Shown here: one piece after another, positions 1 through 10,069 of the stretch
How positions within the stretch are numbered: the first letter of the stretch is position 1
Layout of the letters: every line of letters begins with the position of its first letter
Assembly: GCA_038046385.1 (NCBI GenBank)
Contig: JBBSWH010000011.1
Span: 56,731-120,730 of the forward strand
DNA length: 64,000 nt
DNA from: Nanobdellota archaeon
GTDB lineage: Archaea > Nanobdellota > Nanobdellia > Woesearchaeales > GW2011-AR4
Direction: 5' to 3'
Translations under genes and position numbers: made by a program
The notes under the pieces: generated by a model
Databases searched by the model: none
The model's input: the letters and a program-made list of their open reading frames with translations, nothing else
What the model was told of the DNA's origin: nothing

Positions 1-119
1 AACGACTGCAGCGTACATCCCGTTGCAGTATCTGTGGTTGCAAGATTGTTTTTGTAGATGGAGCTAATCAACGCGCTTGCCATCTTTCTAGTTATGGTAG
101 GGGAATTGTTTTGGTTTCA

Positions 120-2228
120 TTATCCGTGGCCTCCTTTTTTAGACCCTCCTTTTTTAGCTATTTGGTATTTGGCATGCTCTAAAACTCCGCCCGGGCCAAG
201 AGGATCAGTAATAAATGGCCCCCCATAATGTCTTATTCCATAATCCCAACCAGGCTCTCTTTTAAGGGCATTTCTGGCTTTTTCAAAGCTGAAATTATTT
301 CTCATAGTAAAATCTATCAAAAATTTTGCAAGCCCTCTTGTAGATATATGTGGGAACGGATTTTCAGACCATTTATTTATTCCATCGGTAGTTTCATAGT
401 AAAGCATCCTCCCCCAGTGTATATAATCGTGATTTACCGCAGCCCTGTCAAAAGCTGGATTAAGGTGTGTTGGGGTCCTAATTTCGTCTCTTAAAGTTTT
501 CTCTTCTGTTTCCATGTCATATTTTCTAGAAATTTTTTGCTCGTCTTCCGGGGTTATTTTGGAAGGATTTCCACACCCAACTATTTTTCCATCATAAACT
601 GTTCCAATTTTCTTTTTTGCATTTTCATCTTCCCAATTATCGAAATCCGCTTCTGTGTAGTAAATTGGCCTGAACATTATTCTGGTTTTAAGGTCTTTTG
701 TATCAATTTTATCAAATGCATCCATAGATTGAGTTGAGTTTATTCTAAACAAGCCTGCAATGATATAATCCATGCTGGATTTTGAGTGCGGATGAAAGCG
801 CCCGTCCCTAAAATCATCCCTGTAAGCGTCTGTCTCGTTCGATATGAAACTTATCTTATCGAGAGGCTCGACATCCCCTATACCACCATCATGCACCCAT
901 TCATCAGGAACTTTTCTTATGTATTTTTTTAAGTATTTCTCCCCATATTTTCCTTTAACATTAATTCCTTTAGTGACCTTGTTATTCCAAACTTCTTCTC
1001 CCCCATCCTTTTCTTTTACTATTCTTATCATTCTTTCTTGCCATTTGTTCCTGCTTATCTCTGCCCACCACCTATCTGTCAATACATACCACCCGCCATT
1101 ATACTCAAAAACTTCCAGCGGCCAGTTGTTTTCATCTTTTCCGGCCTCAATTTCATCATCTCTTTTGAAGTCAGAATATTCATCCTTGAAATAAACTGCT
1201 TTCTGAATTTTTTTGCCATCTGGCCCATCAACTTTTTTTATTATATGGGGTTTTATTATTTTATAAGTATGCGCAAACCTGATAAACATTTCTTTTGGCT
1301 TAAACTCATCGGCTAATCCTTTGCCAGCTTCTCCCTTTAATATTTCTATAATCGTGGATATAGTATCCAATTTTTCTCCGTGGTTTAATTCTATTTCTTT
1401 AATTTCCTTAAAACTTTCCCTAAGAGTGGTCAATAATTGGGTTACAGGAGTTCTAATATTTGCCCCCATTCCAGAAGAAGAAGCGAAGTGGTCTGCTCTC
1501 GCCAATATAATTTCAAATTGAGTGGATACCTTCTCCATTTTAGAAGCACCAATTGCAACAATACTTTGCGGCCTGCCGTCTGTGAATGGAACAACTACGG
1601 GATTTGTATCAATATGCGGCAAAAATCCCAATGATCCTACTAGACTTTCCTTTTCTTCCAGAATTTTTTGGGCAATTTCTAAGTTAGCTATGTCCGGATC
1701 ATCTTTTTTCAAAGACCCTTCTCTTGCAATTTTTCCTTCTATTCTGTTCTTTGTTTGTTCTGCTTCTCTTATAATCTCTAAAATCTCCTCTTCAGTCATT
1801 GCAGATTTTTTGGTAATCTCAATAGTTCCGGTTTCTTTAAAAATGCTGGCCTCTAGTTTTGCAGCTTTACCCTCTTTGAAGTATTCTATTAACCTATATC
1901 TGTCAGTGAAAACATGATCGCCTGGTTTCTCTTTATATTCAAATCCTTCAGCTCCAAATAGCTTTTCTTCTATTTCAGTCCAATTGGCTTCAATTTCCTG
2001 CAAAACTTCTATTTTTTTGTCATTTTTTGTAAATAAATACTTATAGTTCTCCAAAAGGGGATTAATTTGATCTGTACTTTCTTTTGTGATATCTACCATT
2101 ACCCCTTCTCTTTTTCCAAATGTACTAGCCCAAATATCGTTAAGCCTGTTATGGAACCATTGATTTATTCTCTTGCCAATGGCTTGGGTTAATGTTCCTG
2201 CTTTGGTTTCTTTTGGTGGGTCTGTCAT
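120..2228 (-). CDS. hypothetical soluble protein (702 aa), distal gene of a 4-gene minus-strand operon; its C-terminal region shares an 'NPAFDR(R/A)A-VN' / 'HP..S.M.YIIAG' domain with the 873-aa membrane protein
   Basis: Long ORF with an 8-nt gap to the upstream gene; no recognisable catalytic motif; motif sharing seen by eye. Confidence 0.6.
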   Translation of the reverse strand: MTDPPKETKAGTLTQAIGKRINQWFHNRLNDIWASTFGKREGVMVDITKESTDQINPLLENYKYLFTKNDKKIEVLQEIEANWTEIEEKLFGAEGFEYKEKPGDHVFTDRYRLIEYFKEGKAAKLEASIFKETGTIEITKKSAMTEEEILEIIREAEQTKNRIEGKIAREGSLKKDDPDIANLEIAQKILEEKESLVGSLGFLPHIDTNPVVVPFTDGRPQSIVAIGASKMEKVSTQFEIILARADHFASSSGMGANIRTPVTQLLTTLRESFKEIKEIELNHGEKLDTISTIIEILKGEAGKGLADEFKPKEMFIRFAHTYKIIKPHIIKKVDGPDGKKIQKAVYFKDEYSDFKRDDEIEAGKDENNWPLEVFEYNGGWYVLTDRWWAEISRNKWQERMIRIVKEKDGGEEVWNNKVTKGINVKGKYGEKYLKKYIRKVPDEWVHDGGIGDVEPLDKISFISNETDAYRDDFRDGRFHPHSKSSMDYIIAGLFRINSTQSMDAFDKIDTKDLKTRIMFRPIYYTEADFDNWEDENAKKKIGTVYDGKIVGCGNPSKITPEDEQKISRKYDMETEEKTLRDEIRTPTHLNPAFDRAAVNHDYIHWGRMLYYETTDGINKWSENPFPHISTRGLAKFLIDFTMRNNFSFEKARNALKREPGWDYGIRHYGGPFITDPLGPGGVLEHAKYQIAKKGGSKKGGHG

Positions 2229-2236
2229 ATTCTTAC

Positions 2237-4111
2237 CTATGCTGCTCTGTCAATTAAATTATTATTCATCCCTAATCTTTTCGGCTGTAGACTTATAATC
2301 TGGGATGAAGTTTTCCCATCATCTTTGTTTGGTTGGCCATTGCCAAGAGAAGCAAATTGGTTGGGTTTCTGCGTTAAAAATACGCCAATTTGGTCAATAT
2401 AATCCTTTTTCTTTGATTCAATCTGTGCAAGACACCTTGTCGTTTCCGGCATAATAACCTCGCATATGTAGGAAAGCTCATGGAGTATTCTAAGCCCGGC
2501 AATATACTTTGCTTCTATTCTCTTTTTTACTTTTACTCCTCTCTCAGCCAGTTCGAGCGATACATAGCTTCCAAAACCGCTCCTTGTTATCGCCGCCGTG
2601 CTTGAATTATCCAGTATGCTGCCATCTGTTTTGGCAGCTCCAGAAGTTTTTGCTATGAACCCTTGCCAATCTCCCAGCCTTTTGGCAATTTCAGCCCCGG
2701 CTCTACGTTCCTTTAAGTCTTGCGTAACCTCGTCCAATAGATTTAATTTTGCCACAAGATCCGGGATTGTCAAAACCACATTTTCGGTTAAATTTTGAAA
2801 TTCCATTCTTTCATTTTCTAATTTTTTAATGAGCTGTTTTTTCTTTCTGTTCAATATTCTTAAAAATAATTCTTTGGCTTTTGTAGAAGAATCACCCTCT
2901 AGCATTAATTTTTTCAAATCAGCAAGTGCAGTAATCTTTTGCTGCTCAAGTTGCTTTATCCGCTGTTCAAAAATTTTTATAATAGTCTGCGCAGCAGGTT
3001 GCACTACTATTTCATAAGCGCGTCTTGTCAATTGCTGGTCAAGGTTCTCCAATTCATTTTCCCAGTCAACAGGAGCCTCGTGCTTTTTTTGTTCAAAGGC
3101 CTCCAAAACTCTTGCAAATTGCTCATTTCCAAACCTTTCCCTGACCATCCTTATGTAATTCTTGCCTTTCTTCAGGTTGTTGTAAAATTCATAGAATCCT
3201 TCCCAATTCCCTTGCGTTTCCACAGAGCGCTTGATGGCGTCTCTTGCCATTGTGAAAAATTGTATTTCTTGCATGTAAGTCAAGAGCCTTTTTATTTCCG
3301 GAGTTTTTTTCATTTCACTGACGAGATTTTCATCTTTAAAATACATGCTGAATCCTAAAAAAGAGTTTCTATCATACCTTGATCTGCCACCATTTATGAA
3401 CAAAAACCCCCTTTCTATGAAAAGTTGGATACCATAAGACATTATGTATGGCCAGCTTCTTATATCGTTGGTGCACCTGTTTAATTCTTCAACTTCTCTG
3501 TCGCTCAAGGAAACTATGGCCATTCTTAATATGTCTGCAGTTGCCTTATCGTGGATTCTGTCAACTTGCTTCATCAGTTCATCATAATGGGTTTTTACAT
3601 AAGCAATAACTAGTCGAGGATTTTCCAATAATTTTGCCATTGGCTGCAAAACAGTTCCTAAATCAGTTTTCCCTCTTTGTGAAAACCCTAACGACCTCAT
3701 CTCTTCTGCCAACTGACTGTCTAACTGGCTTATTTGATTTATTCTTGGATTTATTTCTGAAGCAAATTTATCATTGTCTTTCACCAAAAGATTATATGCG
3801 CTTAATCCAAGCCTTAATGCTATCCATTTTTTATTATATCTCTCTGTCAGTCCTATTCTTTTTCCGCTTGCCGCTATACTTAATGCGTTTTCTCCAGTTT
3901 CTTTATTGGCAAGAACCGATTCCCATCTTAATATTATGTCCCATCTATTGCTTATTTGCCAAAATTTGGCAAGAAACTGACTGTAACTTGCATCAAACTC
4001 TGCGAAAATGTCTCTTTCGACTTCACTCTTGGTACTTTTTCCTGCAAATATCATAGGAATCCATCCAAAAACCCTTCTTTTGTTTTCTGTCATTTTATTT
4101 GCTATGCTCAT
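2237..4111 (-). CDS. hypothetical protein (624 aa), predicted largely alpha-helical/coiled-coil
   Basis: Long ORF overlapping the upstream gene by 17 nt, suggesting translational coupling; heptad-like charged repeats (QLEQQKITALADLKKL...). Confidence 0.6.
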   Translation of the reverse strand: MSIANKMTENKRRVFGWIPMIFAGKSTKSEVERDIFAEFDASYSQFLAKFWQISNRWDIILRWESVLANKETGENALSIAASGKRIGLTERYNKKWIALRLGLSAYNLLVKDNDKFASEINPRINQISQLDSQLAEEMRSLGFSQRGKTDLGTVLQPMAKLLENPRLVIAYVKTHYDELMKQVDRIHDKATADILRMAIVSLSDREVEELNRCTNDIRSWPYIMSYGIQLFIERGFLFINGGRSRYDRNSFLGFSMYFKDENLVSEMKKTPEIKRLLTYMQEIQFFTMARDAIKRSVETQGNWEGFYEFYNNLKKGKNYIRMVRERFGNEQFARVLEAFEQKKHEAPVDWENELENLDQQLTRRAYEIVVQPAAQTIIKIFEQRIKQLEQQKITALADLKKLMLEGDSSTKAKELFLRILNRKKKQLIKKLENERMEFQNLTENVVLTIPDLVAKLNLLDEVTQDLKERRAGAEIAKRLGDWQGFIAKTSGAAKTDGSILDNSSTAAITRSGFGSYVSLELAERGVKVKKRIEAKYIAGLRILHELSYICEVIMPETTRCLAQIESKKKDYIDQIGVFLTQKPNQFASLGNGQPNKDDGKTSSQIISLQPKRLGMNNNLIDRAA

Positions 4112-6716
4112 CTTTTCCTTGCTGAAGTTTTATGCCTTCATTTAGTGTACCCATTATTTCAGCTGTATCTCCCTGGGTGCCCCTATCGTATAACCCTATT
4201 TCCAGATATTTTATTACATCCTGCATATCTTCAAAATTTCTGATGGACAGTGCTGGGATATACATGCTCATGCCTGCTGTAGAAACAGCTGGAAGCGTAT
4301 CCCATTTTTTCTTATTATTCCCTACAGCTTCCCACTTGTCGTCATAATTTTTTCTTCCGGCATATTTTAATATTCCAGTGTTAACCAATGCTCTCCTGTC
4401 AAATGCCGGGTTCTCTGTTGATTTTAAACCTGGAGTGAATTTTATTAATTTTTCATGTTCTTTATCAAGAACAAATTTGCCTTCATAGCTGAATTTTGGC
4501 ATAAATTCTTCCCTTCCCAAAAGGTTTGGATTGTCTTTTTTAGTTTCAAGCGCTTTTATATAATCACTTGCAAATTTACTGCTGTTCCTAAACCAGCCAA
4601 ACCTCATGTTTCTGATAAACCCTATCCAATCATGATTTATGTACTCCATCATGCTGTGAGGAGACTCCAGCAAATGCACTTTACCGGCAATAATCTCATC
4701 AGGATGCACTCTTCTTGGCCTTTTTCCTTCATATATATCCTCTAAAACCTCAAAATATTGATTAACTTCTAGCTTGTGCCCTTTCACTATACTTCCATCT
4801 GATAATCTGGTTCCAGGATCTACGAACTTATATTCATGCGCTGTAGCTCCATAAGGATTGCATTGATCTAATATTAGATATCTCCATGCCTTCAATACCA
4901 TATGGTTGCCATAGGCTTTAGCCCTATCGTTAAGAAGTGTATTGGAATTCTTAAGAATCTCTTTTGCCTTAGCTAATTTACTATTCTGGCGCTGTATCTC
5001 CTGTATAAAATTTTCATATTCTTTAGTTCCTGGCCTTATGGACCCTTTGATAATACCAACCATATATTTTTGAATTAATATTGCAGAGTTATTCAGCTCA
5101 TCACAAAATTTTTCAGTTGCCCTGAACAAACCAACCTCTTCATTTTTCCCACTTTCACTATTGTATATTATTCCGCCATTTCTGCAAGAATAAATCTCAT
5201 CTTCCAGTTTGTCAACATCCATATATATTGAACCAATCATTGGCTCCAAAGTTTCGCATACGTGCAAAGCCTGTTCGACTTGACCTTTCTTTACATTCCA
5301 GATGTAAAATCTTTTTAAGTAATTACTTAAGGAGAAAAAAATAATTAAATTTTCTCTAAATAAATCAGGCAGTCTATCTAAAGCTACTCTTTCTTTTGGC
5401 CATGCTTTTTTATTTATACCCGTTCTTGATTGTACCTCTCCTAATTTTTTTCTGAACATTTCCCATAAAAGTACTGAATATCTATCCTTTAGGTCCTTAA
5501 ATTTCCATTTCCTCTCAGCCCTGTTAACAGCCCAAACCCCTCCTCCCAGCAATAATAAAAGTATCATCAGGCTTAGTATCAGGAACCATTTCCATCCTAT
5601 GTCAAAGAATATTGATAGGATGATCCCTATCCCAAGAACAATAAGTCCCCAGTTGCCTATTTTATCTCCTGTTTCCCCGCCGAATTTTTTTGCAGCAAGC
5701 AGTCCTGCTATAGCGATAAGTATGAGCCACCAGTAGCTGAACATTGTTTTTGTAATTCCTTTGCTTTCCGGCCCGGTTATGCCTATTTTGCTGGCTCCTC
5801 CTCCTGCAGGGGCACAATCAATAGGGGTTATTGTGCAAAACACAGATCCAAGAGCTCCTCTGTATTCTGGAGCATCTGCCGTGACTGCTGCAGCGGCCCA
5901 TCCTACAAGTATTATTGCAATAATCCATGCAGTCCATTTGCTTGCATCACCCACTGTGCTTTTTAACGCATCTGCAAACAACATAACAAAGAAAACTTCA
6001 GCAACCTGAATAACTGCGCCAAGCGATGCACCTTCCCTTGCCATGCTTACAGCAAATACAAATGCCAAAGCATAGCTTACTTTGTCCATACCTCCGGTAG
6101 CACCTTTTAGGAGGTATCCTCTAAAGAAGAATGAGAATAAAACAAAGCTCGATATGAATACCCATATCCTGCCGTCTTTTGTGGTCAATATCCCATTCGA
6201 TCCAAACAAGAAAGCAATAAAATCCTGAACCATTCCTTGGCTCCACACCCATTGATTTCCTATTTTTACGGCAATTATCAGAGCGATTATAGCCAACAAT
6301 ATTCCATACCCGGTTTTTCCCTGAGGCGAGCCCAGTTTATCATTTACCTTCAGCAACCCCAATACAAAATACAGCACAACTCCAATCACAAACGCATTAA
6401 CTAAAACAACATACCAGACATAAGTTGCAAAGAACGTTCCAATTGCTCCAGTTTTCCAAATCAAGCCTTCTCTTCCGTTGAACCACGCAACCAGCAATGC
6501 AACTAAAACTATTATCATCCAGATTGATCCTTTTTCTTTGTCATTCTTGTCTGGAACAAGTATAGCCTGCAGGATAAACATTACAGCTCCGATAACTAAA
6601 GCGTTTATTATCAAATAGTACCAGGATGACATGCCAGTTGCAGCTGTCTGCGCAAATGCTAAAGGCACCATTAGCAAAGCCATTACAAGAATCCAAAATA
6701 GTTTATTCTTGCTCAT
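4095..6716 (-). CDS. large integral membrane protein (873 aa): N-terminal ~400 aa with >=10 hydrophobic helices plus a C-terminal ~450-aa soluble domain
   Basis: Hydrophobic N-terminus (MSKNKLFWILVMALLMVPLAFA...) and many TM-like segments; 4-nt ATGA overlap with the upstream ATPase gene; C-terminus shares an NPAFDRRALVN motif with the 702-aa protein. Confidence 0.65.
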   Translation of the reverse strand: MSKNKLFWILVMALLMVPLAFAQTAATGMSSWYYLIINALVIGAVMFILQAILVPDKNDKEKGSIWMIIVLVALLVAWFNGREGLIWKTGAIGTFFATYVWYVVLVNAFVIGVVLYFVLGLLKVNDKLGSPQGKTGYGILLAIIALIIAVKIGNQWVWSQGMVQDFIAFLFGSNGILTTKDGRIWVFISSFVLFSFFFRGYLLKGATGGMDKVSYALAFVFAVSMAREGASLGAVIQVAEVFFVMLFADALKSTVGDASKWTAWIIAIILVGWAAAAVTADAPEYRGALGSVFCTITPIDCAPAGGGASKIGITGPESKGITKTMFSYWWLILIAIAGLLAAKKFGGETGDKIGNWGLIVLGIGIILSIFFDIGWKWFLILSLMILLLLLGGGVWAVNRAERKWKFKDLKDRYSVLLWEMFRKKLGEVQSRTGINKKAWPKERVALDRLPDLFRENLIIFFSLSNYLKRFYIWNVKKGQVEQALHVCETLEPMIGSIYMDVDKLEDEIYSCRNGGIIYNSESGKNEEVGLFRATEKFCDELNNSAILIQKYMVGIIKGSIRPGTKEYENFIQEIQRQNSKLAKAKEILKNSNTLLNDRAKAYGNHMVLKAWRYLILDQCNPYGATAHEYKFVDPGTRLSDGSIVKGHKLEVNQYFEVLEDIYEGKRPRRVHPDEIIAGKVHLLESPHSMMEYINHDWIGFIRNMRFGWFRNSSKFASDYIKALETKKDNPNLLGREEFMPKFSYEGKFVLDKEHEKLIKFTPGLKSTENPAFDRRALVNTGILKYAGRKNYDDKWEAVGNNKKKWDTLPAVSTAGMSMYIPALSIRNFEDMQDVIKYLEIGLYDRGTQGDTAEIMGTLNEGIKLQQGKDEHSK

Positions 6717-7852
6717 AGTAATTTAGCGACCTCATCAAGCATTTTATCATCAATCTCATCAAACTCATATCCAAGAGAAGTCAGTTTAATCCACAAGCGA
6801 AGCACATTATCAGTAAAGCAGAATTTGTTTCCGTTCTTGTAAATAATATCAGTCTGTATCAGCCTTTCAATAACGCTTTTTGTAACAGGCGCGCTTCTGT
6901 AGATCTTCTTTGCAATGTCAGTTAATCTTAATTCATCGTTTGCAACAACCTTTAGGATTGTTTTAAGAAGCGTTTGACCACGAGCCCTGTTATAATAATA
7001 GTTAAGCGAGTCATTGCAGTAATTGTAAAGTGGATTGTTCTTCTGCAGAAGTTCTATCAAAAATGCCTTTCTAGAATTCTTTATTTCTCTAAACCTTTGA
7101 GAAACAGCAATCATCGCATAATAATTACCATTGCATAAATTGAATATTTCTTCGCTTGATCCGGCATCTATCTTGCCGGCATTCTCTTCGATAAGCAAAA
7201 TAGATTCCTCTTTTTCAAGATTTTTCATCTCGTAGCATTCGAACTGCTTAAGTGAATGAAGAGACTCTTTTACAGCAGAGCTTGCTGCAATATAAGAAAC
7301 ATTGTCTGAGCCAAAGTTAATCAAAGAAAATACATCTTTTATCTGCGAGAAATTATTCATATCAAGAAGATTCTCTATATTGTCCCAAACAATAAGAAAT
7401 TTTTTCTTTGAATCCCTTCCGAGTGCATCTGCAAACCCGAATGCATTTTCAACAATCAGTTTTTGATTTGGCTTTATCTTAAGAAGCTCGTTTTCAACTG
7501 ATTTTATCAAAGAAAAAGCAGAAGAACTATTTAACTCCCCTTCGAGTTTTACAAGATTGTCAAGAACAAGAAATTTTTTGTAATCTTTAGGTGATTTTTT
7601 TAAAAAACTAAAAGCAACATTTCCTATATACTCAACCGAAAAATTCTCTGGATTAAGACTTATCTTGGAAAAATCAACATAAACAGGAACAACGTCTTTT
7701 ACATTTTTGATATGGTTCTTGATAATAGACGTTTTTCCGCATTTCCTTGGACCGAGAAGAGCTATATGCTTTCCTTCATTTTTCTTAAAATTGTTTGTAT
7801 TGGTGTCTAGCAAATTCCTGTAGAAACTCCTCTTTACGTTGCTGTCGACCAA
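6713..7852 (-). CDS. archaeal AAA-type ATPase (Arch_ATPase family P-loop NTPase with C-terminal DUF234-like winged helix)
   Basis: Walker A 'LLGPRKCGKTS'; Walker B-like 'FLIVWDNIE'; C-terminal wHTH-like 'KSVIERLIQTDIIYKNGNKFCFTDNVLRLWI'. Confidence 0.75.
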   Translation of the reverse strand: MVDSNVKRSFYRNLLDTNTNNFKKNEGKHIALLGPRKCGKTSIIKNHIKNVKDVVPVYVDFSKISLNPENFSVEYIGNVAFSFLKKSPKDYKKFLVLDNLVKLEGELNSSSAFSLIKSVENELLKIKPNQKLIVENAFGFADALGRDSKKKFLIVWDNIENLLDMNNFSQIKDVFSLINFGSDNVSYIAASSAVKESLHSLKQFECYEMKNLEKEESILLIEENAGKIDAGSSEEIFNLCNGNYYAMIAVSQRFREIKNSRKAFLIELLQKNNPLYNYCNDSLNYYYNRARGQTLLKTILKVVANDELRLTDIAKKIYRSAPVTKSVIERLIQTDIIYKNGNKFCFTDNVLRLWIKLTSLGYEFDEIDDKMLDEVAKLL

Positions 7853-8166
7853 TACTTCTCCGTTATACCATTTGGGCTATATACTTAATGATATAAAAAC
7901 ATTTCGCTTATGATTTTATACATTTTGGTATATTATTCTTAAATTAATATACCTTTTTGTATAATTAGTATATAAATGTTACGGAAAAGAATGGGCTATA
8001 GATTTAATTCTACTAATTGGTATATATTCTTTTTGGTATACTATCTAATTTTACGAGTGATTTTTGTAACTACTTTAAAATGATTACAAAATCGAAAGGT
8101 TTATATACACAAATCCAAACTGGAGTAGTATATTACACTACTAAGTAGCATAAACGTTGGGGCGTT
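7853..8166. promoter_or_regulatory. divergent promoter region between the ATPase operon and the A1-RHH array
   Basis: three 'ttttggtata' direct repeats; TATA-like 'tttatatac' ~60 nt upstream of 8167. Confidence 0.35.
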
Positions 8167-9072
8167 ATGGCTGAAGAGCACAAAGAACCAAAACTAGAAG
8201 ATATTGTAAAAAATAATCATAAGCTAGATAGCCACGCGTCTGAACATAAAGAAGAAGATCATGATAATCACAAAGAAAAACCAAAAAGTTCTATTGACAA
8301 AGTAACTGATGAAGTTCTGGATGCTGGAAAATTTCTTGGGTCATTTGCAGCAGGAATGTCTTTTCCGTTCATGTTTTCTGGTCAGGCAAGAACAAATGCA
8401 ATGATTAACGCTTATCCTCTTGCAGCAGGATCAACTGTTGAGGACAAAATGAGGGGCAAGCCGATAAATCCTGTAAAATCAATGAAAGAATCACTTGTAG
8501 GAACTTTGATGGCAAACCCGCTTGCCAGTTTGCTGGGTTACATAAATGTAGTAAGGGATTCCGTTACTTCATATGCAGGAACACTGCCGGGCGCAGGAGC
8601 TGCTGTCGGAGCGCTTGCAGCAGGCCAGGGAATTTTTGTCGGCACTTACATGGCTATTAACCACGTTGTGCAGAACATGAGCTTCAAAGGGCTTTATGAC
8701 AAAATGAAGACCAGCTATTGGACTGCAATAAAAAACACATGGAAATATGTTCTTCCATTAAGCATGTGGAACGTTCTTTATGTTTACAAGTTCGGAATAG
8801 TTGCGCAGATGGCATACGGTTCTTTGATGTCATTCCTCTTCAGATTAGTAGGTCCAAAGGAAAAAGATGCAAACCTCAAAAATTTAGGAAAAGCCCTAAA
8901 CCCTGCACCCTACATCGGAGCGACTGCAAGCGTAACTGGAAAACTAGTAAAAAACACAGTCAAAGGATTTTACGATTCAATCTATGCAATAGGATCTTCT
9001 CTAGGTGATCTGTACAAATCAACGCCAAAAGCAGCAGCGCCAGCTCCGGCAGCAGCAGGAGCGCACCACTAA
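8167..9072 (+). CDS. Gly/Ala-rich amphipathic protein A1 (301 aa) with a charged His/Lys/Glu-rich N-terminus and a conserved C-terminal tail '...LGDLYKSTPKAAAPAPAAAGAHH'; paralog of 10062-10904
   Basis: ORF; ~100-aa C-terminal block almost identical to A2; hydrophobic G/A-rich segments. Confidence 0.65.
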   Translation: MAEEHKEPKLEDIVKNNHKLDSHASEHKEEDHDNHKEKPKSSIDKVTDEVLDAGKFLGSFAAGMSFPFMFSGQARTNAMINAYPLAAGSTVEDKMRGKPINPVKSMKESLVGTLMANPLASLLGYINVVRDSVTSYAGTLPGAGAAVGALAAGQGIFVGTYMAINHVVQNMSFKGLYDKMKTSYWTAIKNTWKYVLPLSMWNVLYVYKFGIVAQMAYGSLMSFLFRLVGPKEKDANLKNLGKALNPAPYIGATASVTGKLVKNTVKGFYDSIYAIGSSLGDLYKSTPKAAAPAPAAAGAHH

Positions 9073-9250
9073 AATGAAACAGAAACTGAGCATCACAATG
9101 GACAATGAAGCAGTTCGTGATATTGAGCAGTCTATCAAGTCTGGAAAATTCAGAAACAAAAGTCATTTTGTTGAATATGCTGTAAAAAAACTTTTGGAAG
9201 AAGAAAAAAAATCAGAAGAAAAAATAATAATGGAATACCAATGAGCCTAG
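9060..9250 (+). repeat. direct repeat unit 1 (A-tail + RHH gene), ~80% identical to 9895-10075 and partly to 10855-10905
   Basis: 'gcagcagcgccagctccggcagc' occurs three times; the RHH ORF is duplicated. Confidence 0.7.
9074..9244 (+). CDS. ribbon-helix-helix (CopG/Arc/MetJ-like) small DNA-binding protein, copy 1
   Basis: MKQKLSITMDNEAVRDIEQSIKSGKFRNKSHFVEYAVKKLLEEE: beta-strand then two helices, typical RHH; starts 1 nt after the A1 stop. Confidence 0.7.
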   Translation: MKQKLSITMDNEAVRDIEQSIKSGKFRNKSHFVEYAVKKLLEEEKKSEEKIIMEYQ

Positions 9251-9906
9251 AAAACAAAGTTGAGGACAAGGAAAGCAAAAGCTTTGCGAAAAAGGCATTT
9301 AGGCTTGGATTCAATGTAGCTGCCGCTGCAGCAACGACTGCATTGAGCATGGCAACAGTCGGAACCGTAGGTCCAATTGTAGGCGCAGCTTTTGCAGGCG
9401 GAAGCATGATTGGGCATTTGATAAAAGGAAAGCCATTGTACGAATCAACAGTTGATGCTTTGAGAACTTATACTGGAGTAAACGCAGTAATCTGGCCAAT
9501 AGTTGCACTGGGCAACGCAACATTTCCGTTAATTTCAAACGAAACAATAATTGGAAAAGCTGCAAGAACATTGTATGCATCAACCTTATACAACGCTGCA
9601 TTTGTAGGCGCTTTCAGGGGAGCAACACATCTTGTCGATAATTACCTAAATCCAGTTGGAATTGTTAAATCAATCAAAGATAATTTCTATAATGAATGGA
9701 AAAGAATAGGGCTTGGATTCCTGCCAGGATATGCTCTTGATGCAAACGGAATCACAAATATAATGGGCTTGCCGACATTTGCTCTAAACGCGTTCCCTCT
9801 AGGATTGTACAATGCAATAAAACCAACTCCAATTGCAAAGAAATCATCTCATTCAAACTACTCTCCGGGCTATTCAACGCCATCGATGTCGCCGCATCCA
9901 GCCTAA
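9241..9906 (+). CDS. Gly/Ala-rich amphipathic protein B (221 aa), compositionally related to A1/A2
   Basis: ORF overlapping the RHH1 stop (ATGA); charged N-terminus then an A/G-rich hydrophobic core (AAAAATTALSMATVGTVGPIVGAAFAGG). Confidence 0.6.
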   Translation: MSLENKVEDKESKSFAKKAFRLGFNVAAAAATTALSMATVGTVGPIVGAAFAGGSMIGHLIKGKPLYESTVDALRTYTGVNAVIWPIVALGNATFPLISNETIIGKAARTLYASTLYNAAFVGAFRGATHLVDNYLNPVGIVKSIKDNFYNEWKRIGLGFLPGYALDANGITNIMGLPTFALNAFPLGLYNAIKPTPIAKKSSHSNYSPGYSTPSMSPHPA

Positions 9907-9907
9907 A

Positions 9908-10069
9908 ATGAAACAAAAGCTAAGCATCACAATGGACGAAGAAACAGTTCACGATATTGATAATTCTATTAGATCTGGGAAATTCAGGAACAAAAGCCAT
10001 TTTGTTGAATATGCTGTAAAAAAATTATTGGAAGAAGAAAAGATAATTCTCAAGGTGGAAAATGGCTGA
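9908..10069 (+). CDS. ribbon-helix-helix small DNA-binding protein, copy 2 (paralog of 9074-9244)
   Basis: MKQKLSITMDEETVHDIDNSIRSGKFRNKSHFVEYAVKKLLEEEK; ~80% nucleotide identity to copy 1. Confidence 0.7.
   Translation: MKQKLSITMDEETVHDIDNSIRSGKFRNKSHFVEYAVKKLLEEEKIILKVENG

Noticed and set aside
228-1917. Multiple 60-140-aa plus-strand ORFs (228-494, 537-737, 844-1194, 1522-1917 and similar) inside the 702-aa minus-strand gene
   Set aside because: These are shadow ORFs on the opposite strand of a long coding region. They have low-complexity Ser/Phe/Ile-rich translations typical of antisense AT-rich frames.
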